64,000 nucleotides of DNA from contig CAXHJY010000931.1 in assembly GCA_964016885.1 (NCBI GenBank), positions 1 to 64,000 on the forward strand, written 5' to 3'. A program made the position numbers and the translations under genes. Positions 1 through 18,000 of this stretch are shown piece after piece (the stretch's first letter is position 1; every line of letters begins with the position of its first letter). The notes beneath the pieces were generated by a model. It did not search any database. It was not told the DNA's origin and saw only the letters and a program-made list of their open reading frames with translations. Source of the DNA: Eledone cirrhosa. Lineage: Eukaryota.

Positions 1-4680
<4,680 letters not shown>

Positions 4681-4747
4681 TAAGGAAATGATTTCCTTAC
4701 CGTTAATGGCGTAGACATGCAACACAACAGGAGGAAAAAATATAGCA

Positions 4748-4787
4748 CCACTGACGATGTTGCAGATGTGCAACGAAAGATTTATGT
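4748..4787 (+). ncRNA. Degenerate minimal type I hammerhead ribozyme motif
   Basis: CTGACGA-T-GTTGCA(GATG)TGCAAC-GAAA-GAT-TTA; core and 6-bp stem II intact, stems I and III eroded. Confidence 0.55.
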
Positions 4788-5063
4788 AAATTATGTAAAC
4801 TATATATATGTGTTTTTGTCTATATTGTATCTGTATTATTTTTGACCGCCGGTCAGTCAATGGCAACATTGAGGACCGAGTAAGTTAGATCGCAGATATA
4901 TATATATAAAAGACAGCGAGAAGCGAAAACCAACCAAACAGTGAGTGTGTTCTGTTATTAATTCTGGCAATATTACACAAATATGACCCTCCCCAAGTAT
5001 AACAATATTTGTTTCGACACACGATTTCATATAAAAAACCTCGCTAAACTAATTCATCGCCGC

Positions 5064-5130
<67 letters not shown>

Positions 5131-5820
5131 GTGTATATGTATATATATATATGTGTGTATATATATGTATATGTATATATATGTGTGTATGTATATGTAT
5201 ATATATATGTGTATATATATGTATATATATATATGTGTGTGTATATATATGTATATATATATATGTGTATGTGTGTATATATATATGTATATATGTGTAT
5301 ATGTATATATATATATGTGTATATGTATATATATATATGTGTATATGTATATATATATGTGTGTATATGTATATATATATATGTGTATATGTATATATAT
5401 ATATGTGTATATGTATATATATGTATATGTGTATATGTATATATATATATGTGTATATGTATATATATGTATATATATATGTGTATATGTATATATATGT
5501 GTATATATATGTGTGTGTATATATATATATATATATGTGTATATATATATGTGTGTATATACATGTATATATATGTGTGTATATACATGTATATATATAT
5601 ATATGTGTATATATATATGTGTATATATATATATATGTATATATATATGTGTATATATATATATATGTATATATATATGTGTATATATATATATATGTAT
5701 ATATATATGTGTGTATATATATATATATGTATATATATATGTGTGTATATATATATATATGTGTGTATATATGTGTGTATATATATGTATATATATATAT
5801 GTATATGTATGTATATTTAT
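5064..5820. repeat. (TA)n/(TG)n compound microsatellite
   Basis: Direct reading. Confidence 0.97.
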
Positions 5821-6801
5821 AGGTATCTATGTATATATAAAAAAAATGTATCGCTCTACATGGCTGAATACAATAAATGTAATCTGAGTTTTTCGAATAT
5901 CAATACTAATATTCTATTCGTTTGCAATTATGCAAACAGCCTCATTTTTAAAGCCATGTCAGTAGAATTGGGCCCTCATTCTTACTCTTGTGTTGACATG
6001 TAAACAGAACTGCATGCCAAGACAAGTGTATGTATATACATATATATATGTGTGTGTCTGTGTGTGTGTGTGTATGTATTTATATATGTATATATTTTTG
6101 CATATATATTTGTGTGTATATATATATTATTTATTTATTTTATTTATTTATACTTGCATGTGTGTGTCTATATATTGATATGGCGAGCGAATTCATACGT
6201 GCCTTTTATAAAAGAATTATCCATTCCTTCGCCGTCTTATTCTCTATTTATCCATTGGTATTTCTCACTCCTTCTTCGGATGGAATAGTTTCAGAAACGT
6301 AAATACTCATATCTTAACATATCAAATAATACAGTTTCCAATAAGATTTGTCAGTAATAACTTAGGAAATGTACTTACCAGCTGATAGTATTCAATAATT
6401 ATTCCGTGTTCATCTTATGGTATTCTATGTAATCCATATTTTCATGGTAACATCCAGAATATCTTTTCAATTATTTTTTTTTATTTGTGTGTGGTGTGTG
6501 TGTATGTGTGTGTGTGTGTGGTGTGTGTGTATGTGTGTATGTGTGTGGATGTGTGTGGTGTGTGTGTATTTATGTGTTCATCTTATCGTAATTTCCTTTT
6601 TTTCGAACTTTTAACATAAACGTCATGAATTTCAATTCTTCGAATTTGAAGAAATATTATTGGTTTTTGTGTGTATGTACGTGTATATATATTTGTTTTT
6701 TGTGTGGATTGTGTGTATATGTAAATATTTGTATGTTTGTTTGAATGGGGGATATATATATTGCTTTTAAGTGAGTATGTATATTTTTGCATATGTATGT
6801 T

Positions 6802-6832
<31 letters not shown>

Positions 6833-6839
6833 GTATGCT

Positions 6840-7277
6840 TATGTGGTGGAAATGAAGGCATTAGTATTGGAGATGGTGGTGGTGGCATTGGTGGGGTGTT
6901 TGAACATGTTGGAGATGGTGGGAGCGTTGGAGATGGTAGTGTTGGTAGTTGTGGTGGTAGTTGAGATGATGGTCGCGTTGGAGATAGTGGTGGTAGTTGT
7001 GATGGTGGTAACGTTGGGGATAGTGTTGGTGGTGGTAGTTGTGGTAGTGGTGGTAGTTGTCATGGTGGTAGCGTTGGCAATGGTGGTGGTGGTAGTTCTC
7101 ATGGTGCTAGTGTTGGAGATGGTAGTTGTGGTAGTAGTTGTGATGGTCGTAGTGGTGGACATGGTGGTGGTAGTTGTCATGGTGGTAGTGTTGGCAATGG
7201 TGGTAGTGGTGGCGGTAGTTGTGATGGTGGTAGTGGTGAGGATGGTGGTAACGTTGGCAATGGTGGTGTTGGTGGTG
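6840..7277. repeat. Degenerate (GTG/GTA)n trinucleotide-like repeat
   Basis: GGTGGTAGTT-type low complexity; poly-V and poly-T ORFs are artefacts. Confidence 0.9.
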
Positions 7278-7389
7278 AATTCAGCTTCACATCAGCCCTA
7301 GTGCAGATAATGATGATATTGATAGGTAGGGGTTTGTACTGGTAGCAATGGCGAGATAGTATAGCTATTGGTATACTTGTAGCAATGGT

Positions 7390-8470
7390 GAGCTGGTATA
7401 CTAGTAGTAATAGTGAGGTGGTATAGCTACTGGTATACTGGTAGTGAGGTGGTATAGCTACTGGTATACTGGTAGTAATAGTGAGGTGGTATAGCTACTG
7501 GTATACTGGTAGTGAGGTGGTATAGCTACTGGTATACTGGTAGTGAGGTGGTATAGCTACTGGTATACTGGTAGTGAGGTGGTATAGCTACTGGTATACT
7601 GGTAGTGAGGTGGTATAGCTACTGGTATACTGGTAGTGAGGTGGTATAGCTACTGGTATACTGGTAGTGAGGTGGTATAGCTACTGGTATACTGGTAGTG
7701 AGGTGGTATAGCTACTGGTATACTGGTAGTGAGGTGGTATAGCTACTGGTATACTGGTAGTGAGGTGGTATAGCTACTGGTATACTGGTAGTGAGGTGGT
7801 ATAGCTACTGGTATACTGGTAGTGAGGTGGTATAGCTACTGGTATACTGGTAGTGAGGTGGTATAGCTACTGGTATACTGGTAGTGAGGTGGTATAGCTA
7901 CTGGTATACTGGTAGTGAGGTGGTATAGCTACTGGTATACTGGTAGTGGGGTGGTATAGCTACTGGTATACTGGTAGTGGGGTGGTATAGCTACTGGTAT
8001 ACTGGTAGTGGGGTGGTATAGCTACTGGTATACTGGTAGTGAGGTGGTATAGCTACTGGTATACTGGTAGTAATATTGAGGTGGTATAGCTACTGGTATA
8101 CTAGTAGTAATAGTGAGGTGGTATAGCTACTGGTATACTGGTAGTAATAGTGAGGTGGTATAGCTACTGGTATACTGGTAGTGAGGTGGTATAGCTACTG
8201 GTAGTGAGGTGGTATAGCTATTGGTATACTAGTAGTAATAGTGAGGTGGTATAGCTACTGGTAGTAATAGTGAGATGGTATAGCTACTGGTATACTGGTA
8301 GTGAGATGGTATAGCTATTGGTATGCTAGTAGTGAGATGGTATAGCTATTGGTATACTGGTAGTAATAGTGAGATGGTATAGCTATTGGTATACTAGTAG
8401 TGAGATGGTATAGCTATTGGTATACTAGTAGTGAGATGGTATAGCTATTGGTATACTAGTAGTGATGGTA
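7390..8470. repeat. 31-bp minisatellite GTAGTGAGGTGGTATAGCTACTGGTATACTG, ~30 copies
   Basis: Near-identical units 7500-8040, diverged units at both edges. Confidence 0.95.
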
Positions 8471-8511
8471 AAATGGTAAGATATTAGCCAATGGTAACGT
8501 TGACGCTACCA

Positions 8512-8800
8512 TTGGCTCAGTGGTTAACAGGTTCGCTTTGTGTGGTATTTTAGCCAATGTCCATTCCATAGCCTCGGGTCAACTCAAGACTTATCAGTGA
8601 AATTTAGTAAACAGGAACTATGTAGAAGCCCAAAAGATGAATTGCACTTGTAGTTCAAAGGTCTATAGCCTTGTCACATATTGTGTCACGTTGATGCATG
8701 TGTCTGTGAAATATTCAGCTACTTAAACGTTTATTCAAAATGTGGCGTTCATTTCACCGAAAAACTGGACACTCAAAGTCGAAATTTGACGGAGGATCCT
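8512..8800 (+). mobile_element. Degenerate tRNA-derived SINE fragment
   Basis: A-box-like TGGCTCAGTGGTTAA; 3' part (GCCTTGTCACA..TGTGTCACG..TGTGTCTGTG) resembles the SINE at 31488-31808. Confidence 0.5.
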
Positions 8801-8831
8801 TCATAAGAAAGGCAATGCTTCTAGTGTATAA

Positions 8832-9062
8832 ACAGACCTGCCAACTTCTACAAACTCAAACGGAGAGTACCGTGAAAAAAAAGTGCCTCAAAACGGGGAG
8901 AAATTAGGCAAAATAGGGAGATTTTACAAAATGAAAGGTAAGCTATAGCCATTTTCACAAGAGAAGACATCTCTCACCCACCCCAAAGTGGGTGAGAGAT
9001 GTCCCTGTCGGACGGACAGAGTTGACAGGTCTCCCTGTCGGACGGACAGTTGACAGGTCTGT
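8832..9062. mobile_element. MITE-like element with hAT-style terminal inverted repeats
   Basis: ACAGACCTGCCAACT ... AGTTGACAGGTCTGT (15 bp, 1 mismatch); no clear TSD. Confidence 0.6.
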
Positions 9063-9229
9063 AGATATTGGCTATGTTACTTCCCAATTATCAATGAGGT
9101 GTCATGGTGGATAAGGTTTCGATTTCTCGCTCCAGCTAGTTATAAATTCTACTCCCTGAATACAACACTACATTCTTAGTTGGAAACATAGACATACAAT
9201 TGTGACTCTCTCACTCGTATTAATCCTTA

Positions 9230-9490
9230 TACACACACATACACACACATACACCCAGCACACACACACATACACCCAGCACGCACGCATACACCCAGCA
9301 CGCACGCATACACCCAGCACGCACACATACACCCAACACACACACATACACCCAACACACACACTACCCTACCTCCCCTACCCACTACAGCCCCACATAC
9401 ATACACCCCACACACATACACTCCCCACACACACACATACCCCCCCACACACATACATACACCCAGCACCGCCACCCCCACACACACTGG
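9230..9490. repeat. (CA)n-rich compound repeat
   Basis: Direct reading. Confidence 0.9.
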
Positions 9491-9614
9491 GACACATGAG
9501 AGGCTGGAGCTGGGGTAGACCTGTGTTAATATTGAACTGAAGGTTTCTAATATTGGTTTCTTATCCTTGCAGCAGTAACATCTGCTGTTGTAGTGGCCCC
9601 ATGGCAGTAGTTAC

Positions 9615-9812
9615 CCCCAACCCCATCCCACACCAGTAGCCACCCCATCCCACACCAGTAGCCACCCCATCCCACACCAGTAGCCACCCCACCCCACACC
9701 AGTAGCTACCCCACCCCACAACAGTAGCCACCCCACCCCACACCACACCAGTAGATACCCCACCCCGTCCCACACCAGTAGCCACCTCACCCAACCCCAC
9801 AACAGTAGCCAC
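9615..9812. repeat. ~21-bp minisatellite CCCA(T/C)CCCACACCAGTAGCCAC-like
   Basis: About 9 recurring CAGTAGCCA units. Confidence 0.85.
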
Positions 9813-10049
9813 TGAGCTTTTAATGAAGGGACAATGCCCCGTTCGCAGTCCATCGCCCCCACCGCCTCAGCTTTTAGTGTAGGAATGTTAGAAATAAAAC
9901 CTTTAATATAGATTCGTAATTCCTGATAGTATTGTAGTGGCGCCGTAAAGAGCCTTAAGCCTAGCGCAGTCGTTCCCCTCTCCGGGTCGGAAAACAGCTA
10001 TTCTTTCAGAGAAATACAGTAATAAAGAGGAAGTGAGAAAGATATATTG

Positions 10050-10313
10050 TGGAAGAATCGACCTATTACTAGAAGGGTACATTTTTCTATCGACCTCGAA
10101 ATGATGAAAATGCGAAGTTGACCTCAGCAGTATTTGAACTCAGAAAACTGGAACAAATTATTTCTACTTTTGGCATAAGGCCAGCAATTATCCCAGTGTA
10201 TTACTGGTACTTTATTTTATCGACCCCGTAAGGATGAAAGGCAAAGTTAGCCTCGACGGGATTTGAACAAATAATATAAAACATTCAGTCCGACGTTCTG
10301 ACTATTGGCCGCC
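10050..10313 (-). mobile_element. Two adjacent Nin-domain tRNA-SINE copies (one partial)
   Basis: CTGGTACTTTATTTTATCGACCCCGTAAGGATGAAAGGC is the reverse complement of a Nin-domain-like core. Confidence 0.8.
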
Positions 10314-10920
10314 TCTGATAAGTAAATTTGCTAAATAAATAGTTATTGATAATTACGTAACTGTGGGCGAAGGCAGTATTTTAAGTAAACCTTAATACAG
10401 GTTTTTCCATTTATTTTTTTTTATATAATTTACAAACTGTTGTTTTGCACTGTTATCTGACGTTGCCTGGTAAACTTCAATAATTTACCTTACAGGTAGT
10501 TTTCATAAAATTCATTACATAGTTTACTCAGCTGAAAATGAGTACAGTAATAACTGGGGGATTAACTCTGCGATGAACTGGCGACCTGACCAAGGATGGA
10601 TGAGTCTCGTATTCTCAATGACTTCACGACACGAAAACCGGGTGAACTTTCAATATATCTAGAAAGAGAGAAGGGTGGAGAGAAAGAGGATATGGGGGGG
10701 GGGGAATGGATAGATGTAGAGGGAGATGGTCAAAGATGATGGGGGAAAGATGGATATAGGATTGGGCACGTACTCCTCAAGGGTGCACCACCAAAAATTA
10801 AAAAATGTGAGTGATGTGTTTTACATGAAAAGTGCTCAACATGAAATTGGTTTCTTTGGAACATACATATGTCAGATTGAAGTGTCAACATAACCACATA
10901 TTCATTTATTTCTATATAAA

Positions 10921-11110
10921 GCTAGTGCATTGGCAAAGTTGATAGAGCGTCGGACAAATGCTTAATTTTACGTTCTGAGTTCAAATCTCATCGAGGTCCA
11001 CTTTACCTGTCATCCTCCCCAGTTTGATAAAATACCAATCAAGAAGTGAGATCGATATATCAACACCCCCTGCCCTGATATTGCTGGTCTTATGCCTAAA
11101 TTAGAAATCA
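10921..11110 (+). mobile_element. Diverged Nin-domain tRNA-SINE
   Basis: TTGGCA..GATAGAGCGTCGGAC head, GAGTTCAAATC B box, GCTGGTCTTATGCCTAAA tail. Confidence 0.75.
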
Positions 11111-11223
11111 TTGTAATTTCTAGGTAATATTAACTACCCAAGTCCTATGTGTATCTATGGGTGTATATTATGTAAGTATATCTACGGATGTATATTATGT
11201 ATAATATGTCTATGGGTACATAC

Positions 11224-11265
<42 letters not shown>

Positions 11266-11555
11266 TATGGGTGATTATTATGTATGTCTATGGATACATA
11301 CTAAGTATATCTGTCTATAGATGCATAGTATGTGTGTCAAGGCTTTGCTTTTTGAATCACTAGTTTCTAGAACTAGAGAAAACATATCAATATGTTGATG
11401 TTAACTTCGTCTCTTACTCAACACCTCCAGTCTTTACTTTCCCGTTTTCTTTTTCTTTCATGTTTCTCTCTCTTACAAAGTCTCTACAAGTCTTTTATGT
11501 TATGAGTTCTTCAAATGTTTTGTAAAGTGTGATTTGAGAAACACTACGGTTACTC

Positions 11556-11847
11556 ATCCTCCTAACAGGCTCAGGGAAGCCACGTTGCCACTGCTGAACC
11601 TCCTAATAGGCTCAGTCAGACCACGTGATAACAGCTGACCCGCCTAACAGGCTGTCAGACCACGTGACAACTGCTGATCCACCTAGCAGACTCAGTCAAT
11701 CCACGTGTCAACTGCTGAACCTCCTAACAGGCTCAATCAGATCACGTGTCAACTGTCTTCGGTTACTCCTAATAGGTTCAGTCAGACCACGTTTCAACAG
11801 CTGACCCCCCCCCCCCCCGAAAAGGCTCAGTCAGACCACGTGTCGAC
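11556..11847. repeat. 41-bp tandem repeat, ~7 copies, with CACGTG E-boxes
   Basis: CCTAA starts at 11561, 11602, 11643; consensus CCTAACAGGCTCAGTCAGACCACGTGACAACTGCTGAACCT. Confidence 0.9.
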
Positions 11848-12004
11848 TCCATCATTGACACCAGCCAATCATGTTTGCTTCTAAGTTATAAGATTCATGG
11901 ATTGAAATCCATCAACTCTAAAAAATGACAGGAATGTCATGGCGTCTTTTATCTTTTCTTTTCTTTTGTGAATGCGAAGTGGTTGAGTATAAAACAGAGG
12001 CGGG

Positions 12005-15000
12005 GGGATTGGAGTAGTAGGGTGTGAGGTCGTGGTAGTAGTGGTGCAGAGTGGAGTAATAGCTTGTGAGGTGATAGTGGAGTAATAGGTTGTGAGGTGG
12101 TGGTGGTGATTGGAGTAATAAGTTGTGAAGTGGTGGTGGTGGAGTAATAGGTTGTGACGTGGTGGAGTAATAGGTTGTGTGGTGGTGGTGGTGGTGGTGG
12201 ACTAATAGGTTGTGTGGTGGTGGTGGACTAATAGGTTGTGTGGTGGTGGTGGTGGTGGAGTAATAGGTTGTGTGGTGGTGGTGGTGGACTAATAGGTTGT
12301 GTGGTGGTGGTGGAGTAATAGGTTATGAGGTGGTGGTGGTGGTGGTGGAGTAATAGGTTGTGTGGTGGTGGTGGAGTAAGAGGTTGTGTGGTGGTGGTGG
12401 TGGAGTAATAGGTTGTGTGGTGGTGGTGGTGGAGTAATAGGTTGTGAGGTGGTGGTGGTGGAGTAATAGGTTGTGTGGTGGTGGTGGTGGAGTAATAGGT
12501 TGTGTGGTGGTGGTGGTGGAGTAATAGGTTGTGTGGTGGTGGTGGTGGAGTAATAGGTTGTGAGGTGGTGGTGGTGGAGTAATAGGTTGTGTGGTGGTGG
12601 TGGTGGGGTAATATGTTGTGTGGTGGTGGAGTAATAGGTTGTGAGATGGTGGTGGTGGAGTAATAGGTTGTGAGGTGGTGGTGGTGGAGTGATAGGTTGT
12701 GGTGGTGGTGGTGGAGTGATAGGTTGTGGTGGTGGTGGCGGAGTAATAGGTTGTGGGGTGGTGGTGCTGGAGTAATACGTTGATGGTGGAGTGAGGTGGT
12801 GGTAGTAGTGGTGGAGAGTGGAGTAATAGCTTGTGAGTTGGGGTGACTGGAGTAATAAGTTGTGAAGTGGTGGTGGTAGAGTAATAGCATGTGGGGTGGT
12901 GGTGGTGAGTAATATGTTGTGGGGTGGAGTAATAGGTTGTGGGGTGGTGGTGGTGAGTAATAGGTTGTGGGGTGGCGGTGGTGGAGTAATAAGTTGTGAA
13001 GTGGCGGTGGTGGAGTAATAGGTTGTGGGGTGGTGGTGGTGTGTAATATGTTGTGGGGTGGTGGTGGTGGAGTAATAGGTTGTGGGGTGGCGGTGGTGGA
13101 GTAATAGGTTGTGGGGTGGTGGTGGTGGAGTAATAGGTTGTGGGGTGGCGGTGGTGGAGTAATAGGTTGTGAAGTGGTGGTGGTGGAGTAATAGGTTGTG
13201 GGGTGGTGGTGGTGAGTAATATGTTGTGGGGTGGTGGTGGTGGAGTAATAGGTTGTGGGGTGGCGGTGGTGGAGTAATAGGTTGTGGGGTGGTGGTGGTG
13301 GAGTAATAGGTTGTGGGGTGGCGGTGGTGGAGTAATAGGTTGTGGGGTGGCGGTGGTGGAGTAATAGGTTGTGGGGTGGCGGTGGTGGAGTAATAGGTTG
13401 TGGGGTGACGGTGGTGGAGTAATAGGTTGTGGGGTGGCGGTGGTGGAGTAATAGGTTGTGGGGTGGCGGTGGTGCAGTAATAGGTTGTGGGGTGGCGGTG
13501 GTGGAGTAATAGGTTGTGGGGTGACGGTGGTGGAGTAATAGGTTGTGGGGTGGCGGTGGTGGAGTAATAGGTTGTGGGGTGACGGTGGTGGAGTAATAGG
13601 TTGTGGGGTGGCGGTGGTGGAGGAATAGGTTGTGGGGTGGCGGTGGTGGTGTAATAGGTTGTGGGGTGGCGGTGGTGGAGTAATAGGTTGTGGGGTGGCG
13701 GTGGTGGAGTAATAGGTTGTGGGGTGGTAGTGGTGGAGTAATAGGTTGTGAGGTGGCGGTGGTGGAGTAATAGGTTGTGGGGTGGTGGTGGTGGAGTAAT
13801 AGGTTGTGGGGTGACGGTGGTGGAGTAATAGGTTGTGGGGTGGCGGTGGTGGTGTAATAGGTTTTGTGGTGGCGGTGGTGGAGTAATAGGTTGTGGGGTG
13901 GCGGTGGTGGAGTAATAGGTTGTGGGGTGACGGTGGTGGAGTAATAGGTTGTGGGGTGGCGGTGGTGGTGTAATAGGTTTTGTGGTGGCGGTGGTGGAGT
14001 AATAGGTTGTGGGGTGGCGGTGGTGGTGTAATAGGTTGTGGGGTGGTAGTGGTGGAGTAATAGGTTGTGGGGTGGCGGTGGTGGTGTAATAGGTTGTGGG
14101 GTGGTAGTGGTGGAGTAATAGGTTGTGGGGTGGCGGTGGTGGTGTAATAGGTTGTGGGGTGGCGGTGGTGGTGTAATAGGTTGTGGGGTGGCGGTGGTAG
14201 TGTAATAGGTTGTGGGGTGGCGGTGGTGGAGTAATAGGTTGTGGGGTGGTAGTGGTGGAGTAATGGGTTGTGGGGTGACGGTGGTGGAGTAATAGGTTGT
14301 GGGGTGGTGGTGGTGGAGTAATAGGTTGTGGGGTGGCGGTGGTGGTGTAATAGGTTGTGGGGTGGCGGTGGTGGAGTAATAGGTTGTGGGGTGGCGGTGG
14401 TGGAGTAATAGGTTGTGGGGTGGCGGTGGTGGAGTAATAGGTTGTGGGGTGGCGGTGGTGGTGTAATAGGTGGTGGGGTGGCGGTGGTGGAGTAATAGGT
14501 TGTGGGGTGGCGGTGGTGGTGTAATAGGTTGTGGGGTGGCGGTGGTGGAGTAATAGGTTGTGGGGTGGCGGTGGTGGAGTAATAGGTTGTGGGGTGGCGG
14601 TGGTGGAGTAATAGGTTGTGGGGTGGCGGTGGTGGTGTAATAGGTTGTGGGGTGGCGGTGGTGGTGTAATAGGTTGTGGGGTGGTGGTGGTGGTGTAATA
14701 GGTTGTGGGGTGGTAGTGGTGGAGTAATAGGTTGTGGGGTGGCGGTGGTGGTGTAATAGGTTGTGGGGTGGCGGTGGTGGTGTAATAGGTTGTGGGGTGG
14801 CGGTGGTGGTGTAATAGGTTGTGGGGTGGCGGTGGTGGTGTAATAGGTTGTGGGGTGGCGGTGGTGGTGTAATAGCTTGTGGGGTGGTGGTGGTGGAGTA
14901 ATAGGTTGTGGGGTGGCGGTGGTGGTGTAATAGGTTGTGGGGTGGCGGTGGTGGTGTAATAGGTTGTGGGGTGGCGGTGGTGGAGTAATAGGTTGTGGGG

Positions 15001-18000
15001 TGGCGGTGGTGGTGTAATAGGTGGTGGGGTGGCGGTGGTGGAGTAATAGGTTGTGGGGTGGCGGTGGTGGTGTAATAGGTTGTGGGGTGGCGGTGGTGGA
15101 GTAATAGGTTGTGGGGTGGCGGTGGTGGTGTAATAGGTTGTGGGGTGGCGGTGGTGGAGTAATAGGTTGTGGGGTGGCGGTGGTGGTGTAATAGGTTGTG
15201 GGGTGGCGGTGGTGGTTTAATAGGTTGTGGGGTGGTGGTGGTGGTTTAATAGGTTGTGGGGTGGTGGAGTAATAGGTTGTGTGGTGGTGGTGGTGGTGGT
15301 GGACTAATAGGTTGTGTGGTGGTGGTGGACTAATAGGTTGTGTGGTGGTGGTGGTGGTGGAGTAATAGGTTGTGTGGTGGTGGTGGTGGACTAATAGGTT
15401 GTGTGGTGGTGGTGGAGTAATAGGTTATGAGGTGGTGGTGGTGGTGGTGGAGTAATAGGTTGTGAGGTGGTGGTGGTGGAGTAATAGGTTGTGTGGTGGT
15501 GGTGGTGGAGTAATAGGTTGTGTGGTGGTGGTGGTGGAGTAATAGGTTGTGTGGTGGTGGTGGTGGAGTAATAGGTTGTGTGGTGGTGGTGGTGGAGTAA
15601 TAGGTTGTGAGGTGGTGGTGGTGGAGTAATAGGTTGTGTGGTGGTGGTGGTGGGGTAATATGTTGTTTGGTGGTGGAGTAATAGGTTGTGAGATGGTGGT
15701 GGTGGAGTAATAGGTTGTGAGGTGGTGGTGGTGGAGTGATAGGTTGTGGTGGTGGTGGTGGAGTGATAGGTTGTGGTGGTGGTGGCGGAGTAATAGGTTG
15801 TGGGGTGGTGGTGCTGGAGTAATACGTTGATGGTGGAGTGAGGTGGTGGTAGTAGTGGTGGAGAGTGGAGTAATAGCTTGTGAGTTGGGGTGACTGGAGT
15901 AATAAGTTGTGAAGTGGTGGTGGTAGAGTAATAGCATGTGGGGTGGTGGTGGTGAGTAATATGTTGTGGGGTGGAGTAATAGGTTGTGGGGTGGTGGTGG
16001 TGAGTAATAGGTTGTGGGGTGGCGGTGGTGGAGTAATAAGTTGTGAAGTGGCGGTGGTGGAGTAATAGGTTGTGGGGTGGTGGTGGTGTGTAATATGTTG
16101 TGGGGTGGTGGTGGTGGAGTAATAGGTTGTGGGGTGGCGGTGGTGGAGTAATAGGTTGTGGGGTGGTGGTGGTGGAGTAATAGGTTGTGGGGTGGCGGTG
16201 GTGGAGTAATAAGTTGTGAAGTGGTGGTGGTGGAGTAATAGGTTGTGGGGTGGTGGTGGTGAGTAATATGTTGTGGGGTGGTGGTGGTGAGTAATATGTT
16301 GTGGGGTGGTGGTGGTGGAGTAATAGGTTGTGGGGTGGCGGTGGTGGAGTAATAGGTTGTGGGGTGGTGGTGGTGGAGTAATAGGTTGTGGGGTGGCGGT
16401 GGTGGAGTAATAGGTTGTGGGGTGGCGGTGGTGGAGTAATAGGTTGTGGGGTGGCGGTGGTGGAGTAATAGGTTGTGGGGTGGCGGTGGTGGAGTAATAG
16501 GTTGTGGGGTGGCGGTGGTGGAGTAATAGGTTGTGGGGTGGCGGTGGTGGAGTAATAGGTTGTGGGGTGACGGTGGTGGAGTAATAGGTTGTGGGGTGGC
16601 GGTGGTGGAGGAATAGGTTGTGGGGTGGCGGTGGTGGTGTAATAGGTTGTGGGGTGGCGATGGTGGAGTAATAGGTTGTGGGGTGGCGGTGGTGGAGTAA
16701 TAGGTTGTGGGGTGGTAGTGGTGGAGTAATAGGTTGTGAGGTGGCGGTGGTGGAGTAATAGGTTGTGGGGTGGTGGTGGTGGAGTAATAGGTTGTGGGGT
16801 GACGGTGGTGGAGTAATAGGTTGTGGGGTGGCGGTGGTCGTGTAATAGGTTTTGTGGTGGCGGTGGTGGAGTAATAGGTTGTGGGGTGGCGGTGGTAGTG
16901 TAATAGGTTGTGGGGTGGCGGTGGTGGTGTAATAGGTGGTGGGGTGGCGGTGGTGGAGTAATAGGTTGTAGGGTGGCGGTGGTGGTGTAATAGGTTGTGG
17001 GGTGGTAGTGGTGGAGTAATAGGTTGTGGGGTGGCGGTGGTGGAGTAATAGGTTGTGAGGTGGTGGTGGTGGTGGAGTAATAGGTTGTGGGGTGGTGGTG
17101 GTGGAGTAATAGGTTGTGGGGTGGTGGTGGTGGAGTAATAGGTTGTGGGGTGGCGGTGGTGGTGTAATAGGTTGTGGGGTGGCGGTGGTGGTGTAATAGG
17201 TTGTGGGGTGGCGGTGGTGGAGTAATAGGTTGTGGGGTGGCGGTGGTGGAGTAATAGGTTGTGGGGTGGCGGTGGTGGTGTAATAGGTTGTGGGGTGGCG
17301 GTGGTGGTGTAATAGGTTGTGGGGTGGCGGTGGTGGAGTAATAGGTTGTGGGGTGGCGGTGGTGGTGTAATAGGTTGTGGGGTGGCGGTGGTGGTGTAAT
17401 AGGTTGTGGGGTGGCGGTGGTGGTGTAATAGGTTGTGGGGTGGCGGTGGTGGAGTAATAGGTTGTGGGGTGGCGGTGGTGGTGTAATAGGTTGTGGGGTG
17501 GCGGTGGTGGTGTAATAGGTTGTGGGGTGGCGGTGGTGGAGTAATAGGTTGTGGGGTGGCGGTGGTGGAGTAATAGGTTGTGGGGTGGCGGTGGTGGTGT
17601 AATAGGTTGTGGGGTGGCGGTGGTGGTGTAATAGGTTGTGGGGTGGTAGTGGTGGAGTAATAGGTTGTGGGGTGGCGGTGGTGGTGTAATAGGTTGTGGG
17701 GTGGCGGTGGTGGTGTAATAGGTTGTGGGGTGGCGGTGGTGGTGTAATAGGTTGTGGGGTGGCGGTGGTGGAGTAATAGGTTGTGGGGTGGCGGTGGTGG
17801 AGTAATAGGTTGTGGGGTGGCGGTGGTGGAGTAATAGGTTGTGGGGTGGCGGTGGTGGTGTAATAGGTGGTGGGGTGGCGGTGGTGGAGTAATAGGTTGT
17901 GGGGTGGCGGTGGTGGTGTAATAGGTTGTGGGGTGGCGGTGGTGGAGTAATAGGTTGTGGGGTGGCGGTGGTGGAGTAATAGGTTGTGGGGTGGCGGTGG

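Noticed and set aside
7390-8470. 31-bp repeat array as CRISPR
   Set aside because: Units are contiguous with no unique spacers, no cas genes, eukaryotic context
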